Positions 1 through 13,206 of a DNA stretch of 64,000 bases are shown one piece after another (the stretch's first letter is position 1; every line of letters begins with the position of its first letter). A program made the translations under genes and the position numbers. The notes beneath the pieces are model-generated. The model ran no database searches and had not been told where the DNA came from. It saw only the letters and a program-made list of their open reading frames with translations. This DNA is from Squalus acanthias. Lineage: Eukaryota. The stretch covers positions 124,188,001 through 124,252,000 of the forward strand of contig CM059431.1 of the NCBI GenBank assembly GCA_030390025.1. The letters are read 5' to 3'.

Positions 1-1879
1 TGGTCTGGATTGTGCAGACAGTCCCCCCATTACAGCATGGTCTGGATTTTGCAGACACTCTCCCTATTACTGCATGTTCTGGATGGTGAGACTCTCTCCA
101 TTGCTGCATTGTCCGGATGGTGCAGACTCTCTCCATTGCTGCATGGTCTGGATGGTGCAGACTCTCTCCCCATTACTGTATTGTCTGGATGGTGCAGATC
201 CTCTGCATTACTGCATGGTCTGGATGGTGCAGACACTCTCCATTACTGCATGGTCTGGATGTTGCAGATTCTCCCCATTACTGCATGGTCTGGATGGTGC
301 AGACTCTCTCTCCATTACTGCATGGTCTGGATGGTGCAGACTCTCTCTCCATTACTGCATGGTCTGGATGGTGCAGACTCTCTCTCCATTACTGCATGGT
401 CTGGATGGTGCAGACTCTCTCCATTACTGCATGGTCTGGATGGTGCAGACTCTCCCCATTACTGCATGGTCAGAATGGTGCAGACGCTCTCTCCATTACT
501 GCATGATCTGCATGGTGCAGACTCTCTCTCCATTACTGCATGGTTCGGATGGTGCAGACTCTCTCCCCATTACTGCATGGTCTGGATGGTGCAGACTCTC
601 TCCATCACTGCAAGGTCTAGATGGTGCAGACTCTCTCTCCATTATTGCATGGTCTGGATGGTGCAGACTCTCTCCATTACTGATTGGCCTGGATGGTGCA
701 GACTCTCTCCATTACTGCATGGTCTGGTAGGTGCAGACTCTCTCCAATACTGCATGGTCTGGAAGGTGCAGACTCTCTCCATTGCTGCATGGTCTGGATG
801 GTGCAGACTCTCTCTCCATTACTGCACGTTCTGGATGGTGCAGACTCTCTCTCCATTACTGATTGGCCTGGATGGTGCAGACACTCTCCATTGCTGCATG
901 GTCTGGAAGGTGCAGATTCTCTCTCCATTACTGCATGGTCTGGATGGTGCAGACTCTCTCTCCATTACTGCATGGTCTGGATGGTGCAGACTCTCTCCAT
1001 TGCTGCATGGTCTGGATGGTGCAGACTCTCTCCATTGCTGCATGGTCTGGATGGTGCAGACTCTCTCTCCATTACTGCATGGTCTGGATGGTGCAGACTC
1101 TCTCTCCATTACTGCATGATCTGAATGGTGCAGACCCTCTCCATTACTGCATGGTCTGGATGGTGCAGACTCTCTCTCCTTTACTGCATGGTCTGGATGG
1201 TGCAGACTCTCTCCATTACTGCATGATCTGAATGGTGCAGACCCTCTCCATTACTGCATGGTCTGGATGGTGCAGACTCACTCCATTATTGCATGGTCTG
1301 GATGGTGCAGACTCTCTCCATTACTGCATGGTCTGGATGGTGCAGACTCTCCCCATTACTGCATGGTCTGGAAGGTGCAGAGACCCTGTCCATTACTGCA
1401 TGGTCAGAATGGTGCAGACGCTCTCTCCATTACTGCATGATCTGCATGGTGCAGACTCTCTCTCCATTACTGCATGGTCTGGATGGTGCAGACTCGCTCT
1501 CCATTACTGCATGGTCTGGATGGTGCAGACTCTCTCTCCATTACTGCATGGTCTGGATGGTGCAGACTCTCCATTAATGCATGGTCTGGATGGTGCAGAC
1601 TCTCTCTCCATTACTGCATCGTCTGGAAGGTGCAGACTCTCCCCATTACTGCATGGACTGGATGGTGCAGACTCTCCCCCCATTACTGCATGGTCAGGAT
1701 GGTGCAGACTCTCCCCCCATTACTGCATGGTAAGGATGGTGCAGACAATCACTCCATTACTGCATTGTCTGGATTGTGCAGACATTCTCCATTACTGCAT
1801 GGTCTGGATGGTGCAGACTCTCTCCATTACTGCATGGTCTGGATGGTGCAGACACACTCCATTACTGCATGGTCTGGAT

Positions 1880-3521
1880 TGTAGGGGGTGGTGTTTTTGT
1901 GTCAGTTTTACTCTGACTTCTGAGCGGTTCGAATCGCTCCCGCTCCCTTGGTTCTAGACCTTGGACTTATTTGGGGGTTGTGATACAAAAGGTGCAGCAG
2001 ACAACTGGTTTTGATGAAAGAACTTCAATCTTTATTGAAAGGTAAGACTCAAATAATTACACTCTTATCACTCTAAAGGTGGGGAACACTTCGGTACAAG
2101 CGAGGGAAATGACAGTATAACAATACTTCACCCCTTCCAACCCCAATTTTCCAGCTAAGTTAGGTTTTGCAGGACCAGGGATAATGCTCACCAATCCTTT
2201 GACAGTTGAGCTAAATCGCGGTTTTGGGGTTCGCTGTTTATGGCAGTTAGTGTCTGCCGTACTCTGTACGCGGTAGAGGACTTCACCTGGGTCTCTGGTC
2301 AGTCTTCGCGAGTCCGCTGATGCGGCAGGATGTCGTTATGGATTTATCTGGTGAGTACCCAATTTCTTTAGTTGAGCATTAGGGATTAGAGTCTTCGGGG
2401 AAAATCTTACCCAGGGGTAAGTCAGGAGTAGTTTGTAGTGGGGAAACTTTGCGATTCTTCGGGTTTTCTTCCCTGGAGTTGGTCTTTGTTGGTCGCGGTG
2501 TCCTGCAATTACCCAGTCAGTTGGGGGTAATGCGCGGTTGTTGGCTTCGTGAGGCCTTTGGTTTCCGCGATGGCTTTAGGCCTTGGTTGGTGTGTCGGTC
2601 AACCTCGTGGAGCCGTCAGTGACTTGTTGCTGCTTGTTGCTCCGGGTATCTGTGTTGGGGCCGTTGTTGGGGGTCCGTCGAGGTGGTGTCTTCGCGAGCT
2701 GGACTCAGGTGTGTCTGAGTGGTGAGCGATGCCGACTCGCTTCCAGCTCGGACCTTCTTCTTCTTGGTCTCTCCTCCATCTGATGACCACCAGTTGCGAC
2801 TGACTGCTCCACCCAATGAACGCTGAACCGTAGTGTTTCTCTCTCTTCTTGCTCCCCTGGTTTGTGCTTGGTGGGCCTTCAATTATACAGAATTGAAGTG
2901 GCCTTATCTACCCGCCAAAACTAGTCAGTTCATTGTCTAGTTTTGGTGGGCTCGTAAATCAGTAACGATTTACTAGCACGTTAACTGGGTTTTAACAGGC
3001 CTTCAATCTCGCCCATTGAATATGGCCATATCTACCCGCCAAATCTGTTCAGTTCATTGTCTGAACTTGGCGGGTCTGCTACCAGTAACTGCTCTGTAAG
3101 TGTCAAATGGGTTTTGGGATGGTTTGCATCCTATCGATCTCCATGGCTGATTGCTGGTGATTGGTTTTGTGTTTTGGGTTCCTCAGCTGATCTATAGCCT
3201 AGTCCTGGAACTCTGTATTATGCATGTTTCTTGATGGGTCCTGCAATCGGTTTGATGGGACCTGTTGTTTTGGGTGGGGCTGTCTTCTCCTAGGGTCTAT
3301 TATCAAAATGTTAATGCATGCTGGGGCTTTCAGTGAGGTCATCCCGGTTCCCCAGACAATGCAATTAACTGCAATAACCAAAACTGTTTTTGCACAGGTT
3401 GATTCCACATTCTTTCGCAGCCTTTTTCTCCCTTTACATGGTTGTAAAATGCCAAAACTTGGTTTTTGGTCTTACAGTCTCTTAAGTTAGGCCCAAATAC
3501 AATATTATCACTCTGAGGTAG
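1880..3521 (-). mobile_element. LTR-like insertion in the satellite, related to the 34011/62429 family
   Basis: Starts TGTAG. Shares the motif TGAG(C/T)GGTTCGA...CCCTT..GGTTCT..AC.(T)GGACTTA with 34101-34146. Minus-strand AATAAA at ~2031 and TATAATT at ~2881. Right end and TSD not resolved. Confidence 0.6.
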
Positions 3522-6500
3522 TTCCATGGTCTGGATGGTGCAGACACTCTCTCCATTACTGCATGGTCTGGATGGTGCAGACACTCTCTCCATTTATGCA
3601 TGGCCTGGATGGTGCAGACACTCTCCATTACTGCATGGTCTGGATGGTACAGACTCTCTCCTTTACTGTATGGTCTGGATGGTGCAGACTCTCTCTCCAT
3701 AACTGCTTTGTCTGGATGGTGCAGACTCTCTCCATTACTGCATGGTCTGGATGGTGCAGACACTCTCCATTACTGCATGCTCTGGATGGTGCAGACTCTC
3801 TCCATTACAGCATGGTCTGGATGGTGCAGACACTCTTCAATACTGCATGGTCTGGATGGCGCAGACTCTCTCTCCATTACTGCACGTTCTGGATGGTGCA
3901 GACACTTTCCCCATTATTCCATGGTCTGGATTGTGCAGACAGTCCCCCCATTACAGCATGGTCTGGATGGTGCAGACTCTCTCCCCATTACTGTATTGTC
4001 TGGATGGTGCAGATCCTCTGCATTACTGCATGGTCTGGATGGTGCAGACACTCTCCATTACTGCATGGTCTGGATGTTGCAGATTCTCCCCATTACTGCA
4101 TGGTCTGGATGGTGCAGACACTCTCTCCATTACTGCATGGTCTGGATGGTGCAGACACTCTCTCCATTTATGCATGGCCTGGATGGTGCAGACACTCTCC
4201 ATTACTGCATGGTCTGTATGGTACAGACTCTCTCCTTTACTGTATGGTCTGGATGGTGCAGACTCTCTCCATTCCTGCAAGGTCTGGATGATGCAGACAC
4301 TCTCCCCATTACTGTATGGTCTGGATAGCGCAGATCCTCTCCATTACTGCATGGTCAGGATGGTGCAGACTCCCTCCACTACTGCATGGTCAGGAAGGTG
4401 CAGACACTCTCCATCACTGCATGGTCTGGATGGTGCAGACACTCTCCATTACTGCATGGTATGGATGGTGCAGACACTCGGCATTACTGCATGGTCTGGA
4501 TGGTGCAGGCTCACTCCCCATTACTGCGTCGTCAGGATGGTGTAGACACACTCCATTGCTGAATGTTCTGGATGTTGCAGACACTCTCCATTAATGCATG
4601 GTCTGGATGGTGCAGACTCTCTCCTTTACTGGATTGTCTGGATGGTGCAGACTCTCCCCATTACTGCATGGTCTGGATGATGCAGACACTCTCCCCATTA
4701 CTGTATGTTCTGGATGGTGCAGACACTCTCCATTACTGCATGGTCTAGATGTAGCAGACTCTCTCCCCATTACTGCATGATCTGGATGGTGCAGACACTC
4801 TCCATTACTGCATGGTCTGGATGGTGCAGACACTCTCATCATTACTGCATGGTCTGGATCGTGCAGACACCTCTCCATTACTGCATGGTCTGCATGGTTC
4901 AGACACCTCTCCATTACTGCATGTTCTGGATGTTGCAGACACACTCCATTATTGCATGGTCTGGATGGTGCAGACTCTCTCTCCATTACTGCTTTGTCTG
5001 GATGGTGCAGACACTCTCATCATTACTGCATGGTCTGGATGGTGCAGACACCTCTCCATTACTGCATGGTCTGGATGTTGCAGACACTCTCCATTATTGC
5101 ATGGTCTGGATGGTGCAGACTCTCTCTCCATTACTGCTTTGTCTGGATGGTGCAGACTATCTCTACATTACTGCATGGTCTGGATGGTTCAGACACTCTC
5201 CATTACTGTATGCTCTGGATGGTGCAGACTCTCTCCATTACAGCATGGTCTGGATGGCGCAGACTCTCTCTCCATTACTGCACGTTCTGGATGGTGCAGA
5301 CACTTTCCCCATTATTACATGGTCTGGATTGTGCAGACTGTCCCCCCATTACAGCATGGTCTGGATTTTGCAGACACTCTCCCCATTACTGCATGGTCTG
5401 GATGGTGCAGACTCTCTCCATTGCTCCATGGTCTGGTTGGTGCAGCCTCTTTCCATTGATGCTTGGTCTGGATGTTGCAGACTCTCTCCCCATTACTGTA
5501 TTGTCTGGATGGTGCAGATCCTCTGCATTACTGCATGGTCTGGATGGTGCAGACTCTCTCTATTACTGCAGGGTCTGTATGGTGCAGACTCTCTCTCCAT
5601 TACTGCATGGTCTGGATGGTGCAGACACTCTCCCAATTACTGCGTCGTCTGGATGATGCAGACACTCTCCCCATTACTGTATGGTGTGGATAGCGCAGAA
5701 CCTCTCCATTACTGCATGGTCTGGAAGATGCAGACTCTCTCCTCTATTACTGCATGGTCAGGATGGTGCAGACTCTCTCCATTACTGCATGGTTTGGATG
5801 GTGCAGACACTCTCTCCATTACTGCATGGTCTGGAAGGTGCACACACTCTCCATCACTGCGTGGTCTGGATGGTGCAGACACTCTCCATTACTGCATGGT
5901 CTGGATGGTTCAGACACACTCCATTACTGCATGGTCTGGTTGGTGCAGACTCTCTCCATTACTGCATGGTCTGGATGGTGCAGACTCTCTCTCCATTACT
6001 GCATGGTCTGGATGGTGCAGACTCGCTCCATTACAGCATGGTCTGGATGGTGCAGACACTCTCCATTACTGCATGGTCTGGATGGTGCAGACTCTCTCCA
6101 TTACTGTATGGTCTGGATGGTGCAGACACTCTCCATTATTGCATGGTCTGGATGGTGCAGACACTCTCTCCATTACTGCATGGTCTGGATGGTTCAGACA
6201 CACTCCCCATTACTGCATCGTCAGGATGGTGAAGACATACTCCATTAATGCATGTTCTGGATGTTGCAGACACTCTCCATTATTGCATGGTCTGGATGGT
6301 GCAGGCACTCTCTCCATTACTGCATGGACTGGATGGTGCAGACACTCTCCATTCCTGCATGGTCTGGATGGTGCAGACTCTCTCCATTACAGCATGGTCT
6401 GGATGGTGAAGACATACTCCATTACTGCATGGTCTGGTTGGTGCAGACTCTCTCCATTACTGCATGGTCTGGATGGTGCAGACTCTCTCTCCATTACTGC

Positions 6501-7754
6501 ATGGTCTGGATGGTGCAGACTCGCTCCATTACAGCATGGTCTGGATGGTGCAGACACTCTCCATTACTGCATGGTCTGGATGGTGCAGACTCTCTCCATT
6601 ACTGTATGGTCTGGATGGTGCAGACACTCTCCATTACTGCATGGTCAGAATGGTGCAGACTCTCTCCATTACTGCATGGTCAGGATGGTGCAGACTCTCT
6701 CCATTACTGCATGGTCTGGATGGTGCAGACTCTCTCTCCATTTCTGCAAGGTCTGGATGGTGCAGACGCTCTCCCCATTACTGCATGGTCTGGATGGTGC
6801 AGACACTTTCCCCATTATTGCATGATCTGGATTGTGCAGACTGTCCCCCCATTACTGCATGGTCTGGATTTTGCAGACACTCTCCCCATTACTGCATGGT
6901 CTGGATGGTGCAGACTCTCCCCATTACTGCATGGTCTGGTTGGTGCAGCCTCTTTGCATTGATGCATGTTCTGGATGTTGCAGACTCTCCCCATTACTGC
7001 ATGGTCTGGATGATGCAGACACTCTCCCCATTACTGCATGGCCTGGATGGTGCAGATTCTCCCCATTACTGCATGGTCTGTATGGTGCAGATTCTCTCTC
7101 CATTACTGCATGGTCTGGATGGTGCAGACACTATTCTTTACTGCATGGTCTGGATGGTGCAGACTCTCTCCATTACTGTATGGTCTGGATGGTGCAGACA
7201 CTCTCCATTACTGCATGGTCAGGATGGTGCAGACTCTCTCCATTACTGCATGGTATGGATGGTGCAGACACTCGGCATTACTGCATGGTCTGGATGGTGC
7301 AGGCACACTCCCCATTACTGCGTCGTCAGGATGGTGTCGACACACTCCATTACTGCATGGTCTGGATGTAGCAGACTCTCTCCCCATTGCTGCATGGTAT
7401 GGATGGTGCAGACACTCTCCATACTGCATTGTCTGGATGGTGCAAACACCTCTCCATTACTGCATGGTCTGGATGGTTTAGACACCTCTCCATTACTGCT
7501 TGTTCTGGATGTTGCAGACACTCTCCATTATGGCATGGTCTGGATGGTGCAGACTCTCTCTCCATAACTGCTTTGTCTGGATGGTGCAGACTCTCTCCAT
7601 TACTACAATCTCTGGATGGTGCAGACACTCTTCAATACTGCATGGTCTGGATGGCGCCGACTCTCTCTCCATTCCTGCACGTTCTGGATGGTGCAGACAC
7701 TTTCCCCATTATTCCATGGTCTGGATTGTGCAGACTGTCCCCCCATTACAGCAT

Positions 7755-8040
7755 GATGTGGAGATGCCGGCGTTGGACTGGGGTGGACAAAAATGAGAAG
7801 TCGCACAACACCAGGTTAAAGTCCAACAGATTTATTTAATTTTACAAGCTTTCAGAGCTATCGCTCCTTCGTCAGGTAAGTTAGCAATGAGAGAATCTCC
7901 CAGAATTCACAATTTAAACCCAGACAAAATCTATTCACATTATTCGCTACAACAAAGAGCACAGCCAAGACAATGAGATGTGTCCCAGGGGGTCCAGCGT
8001 GTCAAACCACCTGCTGGCTGCATATCCTGTCAATTTGTGT
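7755..8040 (-). mobile_element. Penelope-like element terminal (pLTR) fragment
   Basis: GATGTGGAGATGCCGGCGTTGGACTGGGGTGGAC...ACAACACCAGGTTAAAGTCCAACAG is homologous to the termini of the GIY-YIG-bearing element at 12106-13297. Confidence 0.8.
7846..7877 (-). ncRNA. Minimal hammerhead ribozyme core in Penelope pLTR
   Basis: Minus strand reads CCUGACGA-AGGAGCGAUAGCUCU-GAAA-GCUU: CUGANGA box, short stem II, GAAA box. Confidence 0.7.
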
Positions 8041-11000
8041 TACTGCATGGTCTGGATGGTGCAGACACTCTCCCAATTACTGCGTCGTCAGGATGGTGAA
8101 GACACACTCCATTACAGCATGGTCTGGATTTTGCAGACACTCTCCCTATTACTGCATGGTCTGGATGGTGAGGCTCTCTCCATTGCTGCATTGTCTGGAT
8201 GGTGCAGACTCTCTCCATTGCTGCATGGTCTGGATGTTGCAGACACTCTCCATTACTGCATGGTCTGGAGGGTGCAGACTCTCTCCATTACTGCATGTTC
8301 TGGATGTTGCAGACACTCTCCATTACTGCATTGTCTGGATGGTGCAGACTCTCTCTCCATTACTGCATGGTCTGGATGGTGCAGACACTCTCTCCATTTA
8401 TGCATGGCCTGGATGGTGCAGACACTCTCCATTACTGCATGGTCTGGATGGTGCAGCCTCTCTCTCCATTACTGTATGGTCTGGATAGCGCAGATCCTCT
8501 CCATTACTGCATGGTCTGGAAGATGCAGACTCTCTACTCTATCACTGCATGGTCAGGATGGTGCAGACTCTCTCCACTACTGCATGGTCAGGAAGGTGCA
8601 GACACTCTCCATCACAGCATGGTATGGATGGTGCAGACACTCTCCATTACTGCATGGTATGGATGGTGCAGACACTCGGCATTACTGCATGGTCTGGATG
8701 GTGCAGACACTCTCCCAATTACTGCGTCGTCAGGATGGTGAAGACACACTCCATTACTGCATGGTCTGGATGTTGCAGACTCTCTTCCCATTACTGCATG
8801 GTCTGGATGGTGCAGACACTCTCCATTACTGCATTGTCTGGATGGTGCAGACACTCTCATCATTACTGCATGGTCTGGATCGTGCAGACACCTCTCCATT
8901 ACTGCATGGTCTGGATGGTGCAGACACCTCTCCATTAGTGCATGTTCTGGATGTTGCAGACACTCTCCATTATTGCATGGTCTGGATGGTTCAGACACTC
9001 TCCATTACTGCATGCTCTGGATGGTGCAGACTCTCTCCATTACAGCATGGTCTGGATGGTGAAGACACTCTTCATTACTGCATGGTCTGGATGGCGCAGA
9101 CTCTCTCTCCATTACTGCACGTTCTGGATGGTGCATACACTTTCCCCATTATTACATGGTCTGGATTGTGCAGACTTTCCCCCCATTACAGCATGGTCTG
9201 GATTTTGCAGACACTCTCCCCATTACTGCATGGTCTGGATGGTGAGACTCTCTCCATTACTGCATTGTCTGGATGGTGCAGACTCTCTCCATTGCTCCAT
9301 GGTCTGGTTGGTACAGCCTCTTTCTATTGATGCTTGGTCTGGATGGTGCAGACTCTCTCCCCATTACTGTATTGTCTGGATGGTGCAGATCCTCTGCATT
9401 ACTGCATGGTCTGGATGGTGCAGACTCTCTCCATTACTGCAGGGTCTGTATGGTGCAGACTCTCTCTCCATTACTGCATGGTCTGGATGGTGCAGACACT
9501 CTCCCAATTACTGCGTCGTCTGGATGATGCAGACACTCTCCCTATTACTGTATGGTGTGGATAGCGCAGAACCTCTCCATTACTGCATGGTCTGGAAGAT
9601 GCAGACTCTCTCCTCTGTTACTGCATGGTCAGGATGGTGCAGACACTCTCTCCATTACTGCATGGTCTGGAAGGTGCAGATACTCTCCATCACTGCGTGG
9701 TCTGGATGGTGCAGACACTCTCCATTACTGCATGGTCTGGATGGTTCAGACACACTCCATTACTGCATGGTCTGGATGGTGCAGACACTCTCTCCATTAC
9801 TGCATGGTCTGGATGGTGCAGACACTCTCCATTATTGCATGGTCTGGATGGTGCAGACACTCTCTCCATTACTGATTGGTCTGGATGGTTCAGACACACT
9901 CCCCATTACTGCATCGTCAGGATGGTGAAGACATACTCCATTAATGCATGTTCTGGATGTTGCAGACACTCTCCATTATTGCATGGTCTGGATGGTGCAG
10001 GCACTCTCTCCATTACTGCATGGACTGGATGGTGCAGACACTCTCCATTCCTGCATGGTCTGGATGGTGCAGACTCTCTCCATTACAGCATGGTCTGGAT
10101 GGTGAAGACATACTCCATTACTGCATGGTCTGGATGGTGCAGACTCTCTCCATTACTGCATGGTCTGGATGGTGCAGACTCTCTCTCCATTACTGCATGG
10201 TCTGGATGGTGCAGACTCTCTCCTTTACAGCATGGTCTGGATGGTGCAGACACTCTCCATTACTGCATGGTCTGGATGGTGCAGACTCTCTCCATTACTG
10301 TATGGTCTGGATGGTGCAGACACTCTCCATTACTGCATGGTCAGAATGGTGCAGACTCTCTCCATTACTGCATGGTCAGGATGGTGCAGACTCTCTCCAT
10401 TACTGCATGGTCTGGATGGTGCAGACTCTCTCTCCATTTCTGCAAGGTCTGGATGGTGCAGACACTCTCCCCATTACTGCATGGTCTGGATGGTGCAGAC
10501 ACTTTCCCCATTATTGCATGATCTGGATTGTGCAGACTGTCCCCCCATTACTGCATGGTCTGGATTTTGCAGACACTCTCCCCATTACTGCATGGTCTGG
10601 ATGGTGCAGACTCTCCCCAGTACTGCATGGTCTGGTTGGTGCAGCCTCTTTGCATTGATGCATGTTCTGGATGTTGCAGACTCTCCCCATTACTGCATGG
10701 TCTGGATGATGCAGACACTCTCCCCATTACTGCATGGCCTGGATGGTGCAGATTCTCCCCATTACTGCATGGTTTGTATGGTGCAGATTCTCTCTCCATT
10801 ACTGCATGGTCTGGATGGTGCAGACACTATTCTTTACTGCATGGTCTGGATGGTGCAGACTCTCTCCATTACTGTATGGTCTGGATGGTGCAGACACTCT
10901 CCATTACTGCATGGTCAGGATGGTGCAGACTCTCTCCATTACTGCATGGTATGGATGGTGCAGACACTCGGCATTACTGCATGGTCTGGATGGTGCAGGC

Positions 11001-12156
11001 ACACTCCCCATTACTGCGTCGTCAGGATGGTGTCGACACACTCCATTACTGCATGGTCTGGATGTAGCAGACTCTCTCCCCATTGCTGCATGGTATGGAT
11101 GGTGCAGACACTCTCCATACTGCATTGTCTGGATGGTGCAAACACCTCTCCATTACTGCATGGTCTGGATGGTTTAGACACCTCTCCATTACTGCATGTT
11201 CTGGATGTTGCAGACACTCTCCATTATGGCATGGTCTGGATGGTGCAGACTCTCTCTCCATAACTGCTTTGTCTGGATGGTGCAGACTCTCTCCATTACT
11301 ACAAGCTCTGGATGGTGCAGACTCTCTCCATTACAGCATGGTCTGGATGGTGCAGACACTCTTCAATACTGCATGGTCTGGATGGCGCCGACTCTCTCTC
11401 CATTCCTGCACGTTCTGGATGGTGCAGACACTTTCCCCATTATTCCATGGTCTGGATTGTGCAGACTGTCCCCCCATTACAGCATGGTCTGGATTTTGCA
11501 GACACTCTCCCTATTACTGCATGGTCTGGATGGTGAGGCTCTCTCCATTGCTGCATTGTCTGGATGGTGCAGACTCTCTCCATTACTGCATGGTCTGGAT
11601 GGTGCAGACTCTCTCCATTACTGCATGTTCTGGATGTTGCAGACACTCTCCATTACTGCATTGTCTGGATGGTGCAGACTCTCTCTCCATTACTGCACGT
11701 TCTGGATGGTGCAGACACTTTCCCCATTATTCCATGGTCTGGATTGTGCAGACTGTCCCCCCATTACAGCATGGTCTGTATTTTGCAGACACTATCCCCA
11801 TTACTGCATGGTCTGGATGGTGAGACTCTCTCCATTGATGCATGGTCTGGTTGGTGCAGCCTCTTTCCATTGATGCTTGGTCTGGATGGTGCAGACTCTC
11901 TCCCCATTACTGTATTGTCTGGATGGTGCAGATCCTCTGCATTACTGCATGGTCTGGATGGTGCAGACTCTCTCCATTACTGCAGGGTGTGTATGGTGCA
12001 GACTCTCTCTCCATTACTGCATGGTCTGGATGGTGCAGACACTCTCCCAATTACTGCGTCGTCAGGATGGTGAAGACAAACTCCATTCCTGCATGGTCTG
12101 GATTTGAGGTCGCACAACACCAGGTTATAGTCCAACAGTTTTATTTGAAATCACAA

Positions 12157-12191
12157 GCTTTCGGAGCTATCGATTGCCCCTTCCTCAGGTG
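12157..12191 (-). ncRNA. Minimal hammerhead ribozyme core (left pLTR)
   Basis: Reverse complement of the core at 13171-13206. Confidence 0.7.
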
Positions 12192-12521
12192 AAGTAAATA
12201 GATACAGAATCGCCAAAGCATATATAGATAGAGAACAAAGCATGTGTACCTTACAATTGCAGACCACTAAATTAAATCATCCTGACTATCTGCCGAGGTG
12301 TGATAAATTTAATCAGGTCAGCCAGGAAGGTACCACATCAAAGACATAGCAAGATACAACTGAGACAATGAGGTGTAGTCGCAGGGGTTCTAACGTGTCA
12401 AAAGCTGCCGTCTGTATGTAAAACGAAAAGCTTTAAAATTTTTACTTGTTTACTGGGAAAATGATTACTTTTTTACTGGGAATCTCATCTGTGAACAAGC
12501 CAACGACGACTCGAGTCCGGA

Positions 12522-12880
12522 TCACGTCATGTATTGTGACATAAACCCAAGATCCCGGTTGAGACCGTCTTCATGAGTGCGGAACTTGGCTATCAGTTTC
12601 TGCTCGATGATTTTGCGTTGTCGTGTGTTTCTAAGGTTGCCTTGGAGAACGCTTACCCGCAGATCCGAGGCTGAATGTCCTTGACTGCTGAAGTGTTCCC
12701 CGACTGGGAGGTAACAATCCTGCCTGGTGATTGTTGCGCGGTGCTCGTTCATATGTTGTCTCAGTGTCTGCATGGTCTCGCCGATGTACCATGCCGCGGT
12801 GCATTCTTTCCTGCAACGTATGAGGTAGACAACGTTGGCCGAGTCTTGAGAGCGTGGATGGCATTGCCTTGTGCTCGGGT
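12522..12880 (-). pseudogene. Penelope GIY-YIG endonuclease C-terminal fragment
   Basis: Translation QTLRQHMNEHR...PVGEHFS..GHS..DLRVSVL...RKIIEQKLIAKFRTHEDGLNRD matches the Penelope GIY-YIG C-terminus (R..MN.H, HF, E..LI, GLN). Confidence 0.85.
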
Positions 12881-13170
12881 GACATTCTGGACTGTCTTGT
12901 TTTCCCAGTAAAAAAGTAAAAATTTTAAAGCTTTTCGTTTTACATACAGACGGCAGCTTTTGACACGTTAGAACCCCTGCGACTACACCTCATTGTCTCA
13001 GTTGTATCTTGCTATGTCTTTGATGTGGTACCTTCCTGGCTGACCTGATTAACTTTATCACACCTCGGCAGATAGTCAGGATGATTTAATTTAGTGGTCT
13101 GCAATTGTAAGGTACACATGCTTTGTTCTCTATCTATATATGCTTTGGCGATTCTGTATCTATTTACTTC

Positions 13171-13206
13171 ACCTGAGGAAGGGGCAATCGATAGCTCCGA
13201 AAGCTT
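13171..13206 (+). ncRNA. Minimal hammerhead ribozyme core (right pLTR)
   Basis: CCTGAGGA-AGGGGCAATCGATAGCTCC-GAAA-GCTT: CUGANGA box, stem II GGGGC/GCUCC, GAAA box. Confidence 0.72.

Noticed and set aside
4705..6825. 706-aa ORF and the many other long ORFs in 1-19170
   Set aside because: They are by-products of a stop-free 35-bp satellite. Frames switch with CT-tract length and there is no codon-level constraint.
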